Assembly: GCF_000008645.1 (NCBI RefSeq)
Contig: NC_000916.1
Span: 360,001-392,000, forward strand
Length of the DNA stretch: 32,000 nt
DNA from: Methanothermobacter thermautotrophicus str. Delta H
GTDB taxonomy: Archaea > Methanobacteriota > Methanobacteria > Methanobacteriales > Methanothermobacteraceae
Direction: 5' to 3'
Part shown: piece after piece, positions 9,423 through 18,905 of the stretch
How positions within the stretch are numbered: position 1 is the first letter of the stretch
How the letters are laid out: the number at the start of each line of letters is the position of its first letter
Notes under the pieces: generated by a model
Databases searched by the model: none
What the model was told of the DNA's origin: nothing
Seen by the model: only the letters and a program-made list of their open reading frames with translations
Position numbers and translations under genes: made by a program

Positions 9423-9987
9423 CCTCTTGTCCTCCTCTGCTGCTCTCCTCACCCTTCTCTGCAAGTTTCCTGAGTATCTGCTTTGCCTGTTTTTTTATCT
9501 TCCATATCGGGCCCTCATTGACTATCATATAATCTGAGGTTGCTATGACGTCGCCTATACCGAATCCAAGCTCCCTCTCGTCTCTTTCAACGAATTCTGC
9601 ATACCTCTGAGAGTCGTCCTCCCTCTGCCTCTTCCGGAGCCTCCTGAAGCGGGTCTTTCTTGTTGAGAATACTGATATGACCCTGAAGCCAGGGAACCTT
9701 TTTCTGAATATCTCGACCTCATGGGGGCTCCTTATACCCTCTATCAGGAACATTTCTGATTCTGACTCCTGAATCCTTTCAACGCACTTTTCGGCAACCA
9801 CGTACTTACCGTATTCCTCCCTGAGGCGAACGGCCGTCACACCGGGGTCCTCACCTCGCTTCCGGGCTTCATCCCTTATTACGTCACCCATCCTTATAAC
9901 CCTGAAACCCATCGACTCAGCTATCCTTGATACAACGCCCTTCCCTGCGCCGGGCATCCCTGTAACTCCAATAACCACCATATTCAC
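9415..9987 (-). CDS. UPF0200 family predicted nucleotide kinase (dephospho-CoA kinase-like)
   Basis: VIGVTGMPGAGKGVVSRIA P-loop and 'LIEGIRSPHEVEIFRK' typical of the family. The start may be the ATG at 9981. Confidence 0.85.
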   Translation of the reverse strand: MNMVVIGVTGMPGAGKGVVSRIAESMGFRVIRMGDVIRDEARKRGEDPGVTAVRLREEYGKYVVAEKCVERIQESESEMFLIEGIRSPHEVEIFRKRFPGFRVISVFSTRKTRFRRLRKRQREDDSQRYAEFVERDERELGFGIGDVIATSDYMIVNEGPIWKIKKQAKQILRKLAEKGEESSRGGQEDG

Positions 9988-10127
9988 ACGCTCAGGATTC
10001 TTGATCTGCTTGAGGATTTCCCTGCTGGTGAAATCCTTCCAGAAATCAGATTCTTTTTTTTCTCTGCAGTTATTCTATTGTGCCATACCATATATGGATA
10101 CTGCGAATGCTCTACAACTCCACAGGT

Positions 10128-10874
10128 TCACAGTTCTGGATTGTATCTCCGGAGGTCTATAAGTTTTAGGGTCTCCCTGATGTTTTCAAGGTTATCGAAT
10201 TCCTCGACGATAAGCTCAAGTTCATCCCGGGATAGGTCCTCAAGTTCCCTTACCGCTTCTATGAGGGCTGGTATGGCCCTTACAATGTTATCTGTTATGC
10301 TTATACTTGCCTTCCGGGATGTCCTTGACAGCGGGTTCAGGTCAATGGTTATAACAGTCTTACCTGACTTCCGTAGTATCTCTGTCCTGTCCCCGTCCTC
10401 GAGGGGAACCAGGACCACGTCGGCACTGTAGATCCCATCAGGGCTTGCTGTTGCCCTCGGACTCTTTATATCATCGATGTAGAGCAGTTTGTCTGTTCCG
10501 AGGACCTCCCTGGCACCATTTTCCAGGAGGACCTCCTCTATTAGTCTGACCCTCTTCTCTGTCCGGTGGAAGAGGTTTATCTCGATCTTTCCCCCGATTG
10601 CATCTGCAAGTTCAACCACAGCTCCCGGGACAAGGGCGGCGGTGTTGCCGTTAACCGATATAACAGGGTTTTTTGCAAGGAGGAGTGCTGCAGCAGCAGC
10701 TCTTATGGCCTTCGCAGCGGGTTCTGTGGTCCTTTCACCCAGCAGGTAGTCGAAGGCCTCACCCCTGCCATGGGCGATCATGCCTGAATCTGCGAGTATA
10801 CCCTTACGCCAGGCCTCTGTTATCATCTCTCTCTGTATCAGTGAATGGTAACGTGGATGGTCCCTTGAAATCAT
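10128..10874 (-). CDS. 4-phosphopantoate--beta-alanine ligase (archaeal phosphopantothenate synthetase)
   Basis: ISRDHPRYHSLIQRE...GRGEAFDYLLGERTTEPAAKAIRAAAAALLLAKNPVISVNGNTAAL is characteristic of the archaeal CoA pathway enzyme. Confidence 0.88.
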   Translation of the reverse strand: MISRDHPRYHSLIQREMITEAWRKGILADSGMIAHGRGEAFDYLLGERTTEPAAKAIRAAAAALLLAKNPVISVNGNTAALVPGAVVELADAIGGKIEINLFHRTEKRVRLIEEVLLENGAREVLGTDKLLYIDDIKSPRATASPDGIYSADVVLVPLEDGDRTEILRKSGKTVITIDLNPLSRTSRKASISITDNIVRAIPALIEAVRELEDLSRDELELIVEEFDNLENIRETLKLIDLRRYNPEL

Positions 10875-10946
10875 GTTAATGTATTGTACCAGATACTTTA
10901 ATAAGTTTATTTAAGTCCAGGATGTGGGCCTCCTACTGATGTGATC

Positions 10947-10979
10947 TCTTCAAGTAAGGTTTTATATCCACCTTGAAGA
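10947..10979 (+). promoter_or_regulatory. Promoter of 11004 ORF; TATA box flanked by 8-bp perfect inverted repeat
   Basis: TCTTCAAG(10947-10954) ... ggttttatatcc ... CTTGAAGA(10972-10979). Confidence 0.45.
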
Positions 10980-11003
10980 TAAATAGAGCCGGAGGAATAA
11001 ATC

Positions 11004-11216
11004 ATGGAAGATGAAGTGGAAATCAAGCGAAAACCCAGAAGGCCTTCAGATGGAGGGAGGCTCTGGGGGGTCTATCTTGGAGCTATAATGGTGATAATAG
11101 GGGTGCTGTGGTTTGCCTTCGCTGCAGGGATCATACCCCCACAGTATTCAAGGTTCTGGCCCCAGGCCCTCCTGGTTATTCTTGGAATTCTGATAATCAT
11201 AAAGTCAGCTAGATGA
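11004..11216 (+). CDS. Small two-TM membrane protein
   Basis: 70 aa, hydrophobic hairpin topology, RBS 'ccggaggaataaatc' before the ATG. Confidence 0.75.
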   Translation: MEDEVEIKRKPRRPSDGGRLWGVYLGAIMVIIGVLWFAFAAGIIPPQYSRFWPQALLVILGILIIIKSAR

Positions 11217-11229
11217 TCCGGTGGTAATC

Positions 11230-12252
11230 ATGAAGGAACTCATGAAGCGTCTTTCAGTTGCAAGTGGAATCTCTGGATTTGAAGGTGAGGTAAGGGATAT
11301 CATAAGATCTGAACTCGAGGGACATGTCGATGAGATTGAGGAGGACAGCCTCGGTAACATCATCGCCGTGAAGAGGGGGTCCGGTCCCTCAATCATGCTG
11401 GCAGCCCACATGGATGAGATAGGCCTCATGGTGAGGCACATCGATAAGAAGGGATTCATAAGGTTTTCAAAGATAGGCGGAATCAGTGACCAGATGATAC
11501 TCAACCAGGCGGTCTGGATCCATGGGGAAAACGGACCCGTGATGGGTGTCATCGGCTCAAAGCCACCCCACAGGATGAAGGCCTCTGAGAGGAAGAAGGT
11601 CACAACCCATGATAACATGTTCATAGACATAGGCGCCTCTTCAAGGGAGGATGCAGAGGAACTGGTGGCTGTGGGGGACCCTATAACCTTCCATGCGCCC
11701 TACAGTGAACTCGCCAACTCCCGCTTCACAGGGAAGGCCCTTGACAACCGTATAGGCTGCCTTGTAATGGTTGAGGTCCTAAAGAGGGTTGAAACCGGTG
11801 CAACCGTTTATGGTGTTGGAACGGTCCAGGAGGAGGTTGGTCTCAAGGGTGCCAAGACCTCAGCATTCAGGCTCAACCCGGACATGACCCTGGCCCTGGA
11901 TGTTACAATAGCCGGGGATCATCCAGGGATGAAGGAGGAGGAGGCCCCTGCGAAGCTCGAGGGCGGACCCGCCATAATCCTCACCGATGCCAGTGGCAGG
12001 GGTATAATAACCCATCCACGTGTGAAGGACTGGCTACTTGAGACTGCACGTGAGGAGGACATACCTGTCCAGATAGAGGTGAGTGAGGGGGGTACAACCG
12101 ATGCAACCGCCATTCATCTCACAAGGGAGGGGATACCCGCAGGCGTGGTCTCTGTGCCTACAAGGTACATCCATACAACGGTGAGCATGGCAAGCATGAA
12201 GGACATCGAGATGACCGTTGATCTCCTTGTTAAGGCAATTGAAAGATTGTAA
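11230..12252 (+). CDS. M42 family metallo-aminopeptidase
   Basis: [61 protein letters not shown] motifs. Confidence 0.88.
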   Translation: MKELMKRLSVASGISGFEGEVRDIIRSELEGHVDEIEEDSLGNIIAVKRGSGPSIMLAAHMDEIGLMVRHIDKKGFIRFSKIGGISDQMILNQAVWIHGENGPVMGVIGSKPPHRMKASERKKVTTHDNMFIDIGASSREDAEELVAVGDPITFHAPYSELANSRFTGKALDNRIGCLVMVEVLKRVETGATVYGVGTVQEEVGLKGAKTSAFRLNPDMTLALDVTIAGDHPGMKEEEAPAKLEGGPAIILTDASGRGIITHPRVKDWLLETAREEDIPVQIEVSEGGTTDATAIHLTREGIPAGVVSVPTRYIHTTVSMASMKDIEMTVDLLVKAIERL

Positions 12253-12270
12253 CTCCCCTCAATAATTTTT

Positions 12271-12513
12271 TTAGCTGGACATCAGCTTCGTTTTTCCGTC
12301 GAAGTAGAATATGTAGGGGCTGTCACTCCAGCGGTCATAGACCTCAACAACATATTTAGCCCCATTCCCGAAGTTTTCAGGGTATATAATATCCCTGAGC
12401 AGTTCATTGATGTTCTCATCGGAGACCCGTGTTTTCCAAGGAAATTCGCACTCTCTTTTCATTTCGAACACCCTTATTACGACTTTCCTTTTATTCAAGG
12501 TTAAAACCTCCAT
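12271..12513 (-). CDS. Hypothetical protein
   Basis: 80-aa ORF with a preceding AT-rich promoter-like region (12541-12565); no family recognised. Confidence 0.5.
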   Translation of the reverse strand: MEVLTLNKRKVVIRVFEMKRECEFPWKTRVSDENINELLRDIIYPENFGNGAKYVVEVYDRWSDSPYIFYFDGKTKLMSS

Positions 12514-12743
12514 CTAATAATAACCATAAAAATTAATGTAATAATATAATATATAAATTTATCTGATTATTATGAATCTCCTTTAAGATAAGGTAATTAA
12601 TTCTGTTATTTTTATGTATCTGGGGGTGAATTAGTAAAAGGAATCAATTCTGTTATTTCTATGCATTCGGTGGAACTTAGATCAGTTATTTATTCCCGTG
12701 GACCCCTCTCTCCATGAGGGCACCGGCTGAAACCTGTAGAAGA

Positions 12744-13460
12744 TTATTCCTCAGGGTTTTCAATAACTTCAAGGCCGCTGTCTGATATAATGTAGGGTAT
12801 GAACTCAATCGGTGTTCTTGTACTCCTCATCTTGATGATGTCCATGACCCTCTCTCTCCTTCCCGTGTAGGGGTTCTCCCTCTTTATCAGCCTTATGGCC
12901 CCGTAAACCGAGTAGAGGGCTATATCATTGAACTCCTCTGAGGTTGCACTGTCAAGGATTATCATCGCAGTGATGTCCCTCTTTTTGAGTTCATAGATCA
13001 GGAGGTCGAACTGATCCCTGAACTCATCCGTTGTGAGCTTCTCTGTGTGGCTGCCTATACTGTCGATTATGAGGACCTCGGTGTCATCTGGAATCTCGGC
13101 GAGTATCTTCCTCAGGTTTCCCTTGACGGATTCTATCCCAATAGATATTTCCGCCTCTGTAAGCCGGGCCCTCATTGCGGATAAGCCGATAATACTCAGC
13201 TTACCAGATTCAAGGAGATCAGTGATGTCCCACCCAAGGGATGCGCACTGGATCCTGAGGTCAGTTTCATCCTCCTCTGTCGTTATGTATATTGTCTTAA
13301 GGCCGCTTCTGGCGCTCTGAATGGCGAACTGGAGTCCCATTATGGTCTTACCGGATCCAGGGTCACCGGTCACAAGAATGCTCCTACCCTGCGGGTAGCC
13401 CCCTATTATATCATCAAGCCCCTTAATCCCCGTACCTGTACGCGATATTCTCCTTTCCAT
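12744..13460 (-). CDS. KaiC-domain RecA-like ATPase
   Basis: [40 protein letters not shown], Walker [11 protein letters not shown], 'YITTEEDE' motif. Confidence 0.88.
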   Translation of the reverse strand: MERRISRTGTGIKGLDDIIGGYPQGRSILVTGDPGSGKTIMGLQFAIQSARSGLKTIYITTEEDETDLRIQCASLGWDITDLLESGKLSIIGLSAMRARLTEAEISIGIESVKGNLRKILAEIPDDTEVLIIDSIGSHTEKLTTDEFRDQFDLLIYELKKRDITAMIILDSATSEEFNDIALYSVYGAIRLIKRENPYTGRRERVMDIIKMRSTRTPIEFIPYIISDSGLEVIENPEE

Positions 13461-13525
13461 GGTTAACCCCCCATTTATGGGAAATGATCTTACCGGTGAG
13501 TTCTTCGTCCCCCTGCTTCCGGGTT

Positions 13526-14773
13526 TTATACCAGGTGAAATTCGAAGGTGAGGTTTTCGTCCCTGCTTCTGAGGCTTGAGGTCTGTATGACGCTACCCTT
13601 TATACCTGTCCAGGTGAAGCTCCTCATCAGCATGGCCCTGAATATGAGGGAGAAGATTGGATTCTGCCTTGCCTCATTGATCCATGGAAATGTCTTGAAT
13701 TCGAGAATGTACCTCGGCTTTTCTCCCCTGAGCTCGGTTTCAATACCAAGGTTCCTGAGGAAGCCTGAAAGCCACTTTATATAGGCATCAAAGACCCTCA
13801 GGGATTCCCTCCTGGCCATGATATCATCCAGAACACCCAGTTTTTTCATGGTCCTCTGGAAGTTTGGTTTGAGGTTCTTCTCGAATCTGTCAGCGAAGTT
13901 CTTTATTATGGCATTTCTGAGCTGAGGTGGAATTGATGATGCGAATACAGGCACAGCCGAGACAACAAAGCCGTAGAGTTCGGCCTTTGACATTTCCCTG
14001 ATCAGTTCCTCCCTGCGCCTCTCAGCCTCCACACGGCCTGTGATGTCGTGGCCTATTATCTGGAGGAGGTTCTTCTCTGAGGTTGTTTCAATCCTGGTCG
14101 AATGTATCTCAAGGAAGTGCCTGTCTCCCCTGTGGTCGGTGAATTCAATTTCAAAGACCTCATGCTCTGAATTGAAAAGGTCGAGGATGCTTTTAAGCGC
14201 ACTCTCAGATATTAAACCCCTCTTCTCGAGGACTGAAAGTTTTTTACCCTTCAAACGCTCCCTTTTGAGTCCTGTGAGTTCCTCGACGGCCCTGTTCACA
14301 AAAACTATTCTTGAACTGGAGTCCATGAGGATTATGGGATCCGGGGATGATTCAAGGAGGGCCCTGTATCTTTCCTCACTTTCACGGAGTTTGCTGTCCA
14401 TCTTGTGTTTGTAAAGGGCGACCTCAATGGCGCTGTGGAGTTCACGGTCCTCGAAGGGCTTTATGATGTAACCGAAGGGCCCGGTGAGCTTGGCACGGCT
14501 GAGGGTTTTTTCATCTGAGTAGGCTGTGAGGTAGACCACAGGGATGTCCATCTCCTCCCTTATAACCTCTGCAGCCTCTATACCATCCATTTCGCCCTTC
14601 AGGACGATGTCCATGAGGACAAGGTCCGGTTTCTCCTCACGCGCAAGCTTTATAGCGTCTTCACCTGAAGCAGCGATCCCCACAACCCGGTAGCCAAGGC
14701 CCTCAGCCCTGTGCTTGATGTCCATGGCCACTATGCTCTCATCCTCAACAACAAGCAAACTTGTAGGCGACAT
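13526..14773 (-). CDS. Response regulator: REC + PAS + Cys-less C-terminal domain paralogous to that of 25424..26257
   Basis: [17 protein letters not shown]...[21 protein letters not shown]...YIIKPF (REC); [21 protein letters not shown] (PAS); C-terminus with [13 protein letters not shown]. Confidence 0.88.
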   Translation of the reverse strand: MSPTSLLVVEDESIVAMDIKHRAEGLGYRVVGIAASGEDAIKLAREEKPDLVLMDIVLKGEMDGIEAAEVIREEMDIPVVYLTAYSDEKTLSRAKLTGPFGYIIKPFEDRELHSAIEVALYKHKMDSKLRESEERYRALLESSPDPIILMDSSSRIVFVNRAVEELTGLKRERLKGKKLSVLEKRGLISESALKSILDLFNSEHEVFEIEFTDHRGDRHFLEIHSTRIETTSEKNLLQIIGHDITGRVEAERRREELIREMSKAELYGFVVSAVPVFASSIPPQLRNAIIKNFADRFEKNLKPNFQRTMKKLGVLDDIMARRESLRVFDAYIKWLSGFLRNLGIETELRGEKPRYILEFKTFPWINEARQNPIFSLIFRAMLMRSFTWTGIKGSVIQTSSLRSRDENLTFEFHLV

Positions 14774-14800
14774 TTAGTCCTCCAAACCATCATTTTCACA

Positions 14801-14903
14801 GATCCCATGGGATCAAAGAGGCGTTAGGACGTTAATCCTCCACATCAGGATATTAAGACCCACACATTATCCAGATATTAATATGTGGCCAGTTGTTATA
14901 AAT
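14801..14903 (-). promoter_or_regulatory. Upstream region of the REC-PAS gene: 14-bp palindrome, 10-bp imperfect inverted repeat and TATA-like element
   Basis: GATCCCATGGGATC (14801-14814); CCACACATTA (14860-14869) / TAATATGTGG (14879-14888); minus-strand TATA-like 'ttatttataac' around 14896-14906. Confidence 0.4.
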
Positions 14904-14970
14904 AATTTTCTAAAACCCCCATTCAGTCTTTAGGAAAATTTTAGCTCATTGAAGGATCAGGTGAAGGGAT

Positions 14971-16710
14971 TCAGCCAGCCAGGTCCCCACTGAAGTGCCT
15001 GTGTATCCTCTCTGCGACCTCACGGGTCATTCCGGGGATGGAGGCCAGCTCCTCCACACTTGCATCCCTCACACCATCAAGGCTTCCAAAGTGCTCAAGG
15101 AGGGCCCTTTTCCTTACCGGACCAACACCCCTTATACCGTCAAGTTCCGATTCAAGGGAATCCCTGTCCCTGATCGTCCTGTGATACTTAACAGCAAACC
15201 TGTGGGCCTCGTCGCGGAGGTGCCTGAGGATCTGCAGTGCACCATCATCCACATCCACGGGCTCGGATAGGCCTGGAAGGTAAACCTCCTCCCTCTTCTT
15301 GGCTATGCCAACAACCGGCACATGAACCCCGCAGTTTTTGAGGGCCTCGAGGGCCACTCCCAGCTGACCCTTCCCTCCGTCGATGAGCACGAGGTCGGGC
15401 TTCCTGAGTTCAGGGCTGGAGTACCTCCTCTCAACCAGTTCCCTCATCATTGCATAGTCGTCGGGCCCCTGGGCTGAAATCCGGTACCTCCGGTAGGATC
15501 CAGAGGATGGTTTACCATCGATGAAAACGGCAACCGAGCCGGTTGCAGATTCACCTGCAATGTTTGAGATGTCAAGGCCCTCCATTCTTCGGGGTATTTC
15601 GGGGAGCTTGAGGTCATCCTTGAGCTGAAGGAGGGCGTCCCTGACCCTTCCCTTCTGTTTCAGTATCACAGAAGCATTCTTCCAGGCGATGTTGAGGAGC
15701 CTGCGTCCGGCGCCCCCCTCAGGTGAGTGTATCTTCACCTCTTCGCCCCTGAGCTCAGAGAGCCACTCTGCTATGACCCCGTCCTCCACAGGGTACTGGG
15801 TCAGTATCTCCGATGGCACCCTCCGGGGTATGGCGTAGTACTGCTTGAGGAAGGCCTCAAGGATCTCTGTCCGGGGGGCTGAGCCCCTGAGAATGAAGTC
15901 GTCCTTCCCGGTGATCTTGCCGTCACGTATCTGGAGGACCACAACCGCAGATGTATCCCCTCCCCTCTCGAGGGCCACTATATCCTGGTCAATGGAGTCC
16001 GTGAAGGATGCGTGCTGTCTCTCCATAACCTCCCGTATGGATTCAATCTGATCCCTTATCCTGGCAGCCCTCTCAAATTCAAGTCTTTCCGAAGCCTCCT
16101 TCATCTCCTCCTCAAGCACCTCAATGACTTCCTGGTAGCGTCCCTGGAAGAAGAGGTCAACCTTCTCTATGATCTCCCGGTAATCCTCCCTGCTGATTCT
16201 CCCATCACATGGGGCGTAACAGAGGTCTATCTGGCTGTTGAGGCATGGCCCGTCCATCCGCCTGCAGCTCCTTATCCTGAAGAGTGACTTTATGAGTTTC
16301 AGTGTCCTGCGCACAGCCCCGGTGTCTGTGAAGGGTCCGTAATACCTTGCACTGTCCCTCCCTATGGTCCTCACTATGAGGACCCGGGGGTACTCCTCAT
16401 CCGTTATCTTGATGAAGGGGTACCTCTTATCGTCCTTCAGACGGACATTGTATGGGGGTCTGTACCTCTTTATGAGGTTGGACTCAAGGATGAGGGCCTC
16501 CTTCTCGTTCTGGGTCAGAATGTACTCTATGCTCTCAAGGTGCCTCATCATGATCCTCAGACGCGGGTTCTCCTGTTCCCTGAAGTAGGACGAGACCCTC
16601 TTCCTTATGGAGATGGACTTGCCAACATAGAGGACCCTGTCGTCCCTGTCGCGGAATATGTAGACACCGGTAGCATCAGGAAGCTTCTCTGGATCCTTAA
16701 CCCTCGTCAA
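14971..16710 (-). CDS. uvrC: Excinuclease ABC subunit C
   Basis: GIY-YIG N-terminus (PDATGVYIFRDRDDRVLYVGKSISIRKRVSSYF), UvrC homology region ('LVLIDGGKGQLGVALEAL') and C-terminal HhH region ('LDGIRGVGPVRKRALLEHFGSLDGVRDAS'). Confidence 0.97.
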   Translation of the reverse strand: MTRVKDPEKLPDATGVYIFRDRDDRVLYVGKSISIRKRVSSYFREQENPRLRIMMRHLESIEYILTQNEKEALILESNLIKRYRPPYNVRLKDDKRYPFIKITDEEYPRVLIVRTIGRDSARYYGPFTDTGAVRRTLKLIKSLFRIRSCRRMDGPCLNSQIDLCYAPCDGRISREDYREIIEKVDLFFQGRYQEVIEVLEEEMKEASERLEFERAARIRDQIESIREVMERQHASFTDSIDQDIVALERGGDTSAVVVLQIRDGKITGKDDFILRGSAPRTEILEAFLKQYYAIPRRVPSEILTQYPVEDGVIAEWLSELRGEEVKIHSPEGGAGRRLLNIAWKNASVILKQKGRVRDALLQLKDDLKLPEIPRRMEGLDISNIAGESATGSVAVFIDGKPSSGSYRRYRISAQGPDDYAMMRELVERRYSSPELRKPDLVLIDGGKGQLGVALEALKNCGVHVPVVGIAKKREEVYLPGLSEPVDVDDGALQILRHLRDEAHRFAVKYHRTIRDRDSLESELDGIRGVGPVRKRALLEHFGSLDGVRDASVEELASIPGMTREVAERIHRHFSGDLAG

Positions 16711-16839
16711 TTTATCATTACCATCCTCTGATTTATGTTTAAAACAAGTTCAGTGGGGGTATCATCACAGGATTATGGAACACGTGGGATACCCTGTCAG
16801 ATATGAGACTCCAGACTCAACTTTATGTATCCTGGCAAA

Positions 16840-16870
16840 GGTATATATAAGTTGACCCTGAAATATAATC
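16840..16870 (+). promoter_or_regulatory. uvrB promoter TATA box(es)
   Basis: 'ggtatatataagttg' and 'gaaatataatccc' upstream of ATG 16909. Confidence 0.5.
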
Positions 16871-16908
16871 CCACAATAGAATGAGGTTCTTATTTTAAGT
16901 GATTTGTG

Positions 16909-18846
16909 ATGAAGTTTAAACTGGTATCAGATTACAGACCCCTCGGGGATCAGCCAAAGGCGATAAGGTCCCTTGTTAACGGTATAAAGGCCGGGATGAG
17001 GGAGCAGACACTCCTGGGGGTCACGGGTTCAGGTAAGACCTTCACAGTGGCCAATGTGATCGCAGAGGTCCAGAAGCCGACGCTGGTAATATCACACAAC
17101 AAGACCCTGGCTGCGCAGCTCTATGAGGAGTTCAGGGAGTTCTTCCCTGAGAACGCCGTGGAGTACTTCGTGAGTTACTATGATTTCTACCAGCCAGAGG
17201 CATACATACCCCAGACAGACACCTACATAGACAAGGAGGCATCCATAAACGACGAGATAGACCGGATGAGGCACTCGGCAACCCAGTCCCTCCTCTCCAG
17301 GGACGACGTCATCGTGGTATCCAGTGTCTCCTGCATCTACGGTATAGGTGCACCGACAGACTACGGTGAATTCACCCTCCACCTCGAGGTCGGATCCGGC
17401 CCCGGCAGGGAGGAGGTGCTGGAGGGCCTCATAAACATGCAGTATGAGCGAAACGATGTCGAATTCGACAGGGGACAGTTCAGGGTCAGGGGTGACACCG
17501 TAGAGATCAACCCCATCCATGGAACACCCCCCATAAGGATAGAATTCTTCGGCGACGAGATAGACTCCATATCAACGGTTCACAGGGTCACCGGCAGGAG
17601 GATACAGAAACTGGACCGTGTAACCATATTCCCGGCCAAGCACTTCGTGATACCCGAGGACAGGCTCCAGAGGGCGATAGAGTCAATAGAGGCTGAACTT
17701 GAGGAGAGATTAACTGAACTTAGATCCCAGAACAAACTTCTGGAGGCCCAGAGGCTCGAACAGAGGACAAGGTTCGACATGGAGATGCTTAGGGAGATGG
17801 GCTACTGCCAGGGCATAGAGAACTACTCAATGCACCTCAGCGGCAGGAAGTGGGGTGAGAAACCAAACACGCTCCTGGACTACTTCCCTGAGGACTTCCT
17901 CACAGTCATCGACGAATCCCATGTGACGGTACCCCAGATAAGGGGCATGTACAACGGTGACCGGGCAAGGAAGGACACCCTGGTGGAGTACGGCTTCAGA
18001 CTACCCAGTGCCCGGGAGAACAGGCCCCTCCGTTTCGACGAGTTCCAGGAGAGCGTGAACCAGGTGATCTATGTCTCTGCAACTCCTGGAAGGTATGAAC
18101 TCTCAAGGAGCCAGAACATCGTTGAACAGATCATAAGGCCCACAGGTCTGGTGGACCCTGAGGTCAGGATAAGGCCGGTGAAGGGCCAGGTGGATGACCT
18201 CCTCTCCGAGATAAGGAGGCGGGTTGAGCGGGGTGAGAGGGTCCTTGTAACCACCCTCACAAAGAGGATGGCCGAGGACCTCACAGACTACTACTCGAGG
18301 GTCGGCGTGAAGGTCAGGTACCTCCACTCAGAGATAGACACCCTCGAGCGTGTTGAGATCATAGACGACCTCAGGAGGGGAGAATTCGACTGCCTGGTGG
18401 GTGTTAACCTCCTCAGGGAGGGCCTCGACCTTCCGGAGGTGGCACTGGTCGCAATACTCGATGCAGACAAGGAGGGCTTCCTGAGGTCAGAGACGTCACT
18501 TATACAGACAATCGGGAGGGCCGCCAGGAACGTTAACGGTGAGGTGCTCATATACGCCGGCAGGTTCACAGACTCAGTGATGGCGGCGGTTGAGACAACC
18601 AACAGGAGAAGGAAGCTGCAGATGGAGTACAACCGCAGGCATGGTATAAAACCAAGGAGTACAAGGAGGACCCTCCGGGAAGAAGAAGGACCGTTGAGGA
18701 ACCTGAAGGTGGATGAGATACCAGACCATGAACTTGAACTCATAATAAAGGACCTGGAGGCAGAGATGAGGGACGCTGCAAGGAACCTTGAATTCGAGAG
18801 GGCCGCCAGGATCAGGGACAGGATAATGTCCCTTAAGAGCAATTAA
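16909..18846 (+). CDS. uvrB: Excinuclease ABC subunit B
   Basis: [46 protein letters not shown], beta-hairpin signature, C-terminal UVR motif. ATG 16909 fits better than the GTG at 16906. Confidence 0.97.
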   Translation: MKFKLVSDYRPLGDQPKAIRSLVNGIKAGMREQTLLGVTGSGKTFTVANVIAEVQKPTLVISHNKTLAAQLYEEFREFFPENAVEYFVSYYDFYQPEAYIPQTDTYIDKEASINDEIDRMRHSATQSLLSRDDVIVVSSVSCIYGIGAPTDYGEFTLHLEVGSGPGREEVLEGLINMQYERNDVEFDRGQFRVRGDTVEINPIHGTPPIRIEFFGDEIDSISTVHRVTGRRIQKLDRVTIFPAKHFVIPEDRLQRAIESIEAELEERLTELRSQNKLLEAQRLEQRTRFDMEMLREMGYCQGIENYSMHLSGRKWGEKPNTLLDYFPEDFLTVIDESHVTVPQIRGMYNGDRARKDTLVEYGFRLPSARENRPLRFDEFQESVNQVIYVSATPGRYELSRSQNIVEQIIRPTGLVDPEVRIRPVKGQVDDLLSEIRRRVERGERVLVTTLTKRMAEDLTDYYSRVGVKVRYLHSEIDTLERVEIIDDLRRGEFDCLVGVNLLREGLDLPEVALVAILDADKEGFLRSETSLIQTIGRAARNVNGEVLIYAGRFTDSVMAAVETTNRRRKLQMEYNRRHGIKPRSTRRTLREEEGPLRNLKVDEIPDHELELIIKDLEAEMRDAARNLEFERAARIRDRIMSLKSN

Positions 18847-18905
18847 ACATTTTCTGGTAATGAGAATTAAGGCAGGATTAAAGAGTTTTGGAGACACTGA
18901 GGATC

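Noticed and set aside
10088-10097. CCATATATGG palindrome between the UPF0200 and phosphopantothenate synthetase genes
   Set aside because: Short and mostly TATA-like; more simply read as a minus-strand TATA element than as a special site.
14821-14838. 'taggacgttaatccta'-like partial dyad near 14825-14840
   Set aside because: Only 4-5 bp per arm; not distinguishable from chance beside the better 14-bp palindrome at 14801.
17092-17520. Long minus-strand ORF opposite uvrB
   Set aside because: It lies wholly antisense to strongly supported uvrB, has Val/His/Glu-rich low-meaning composition, and shows no recognisable family. Same reasoning for 18291..18842, 21006..21611, 19268..19627, 28175..28618 and 29243..29809.
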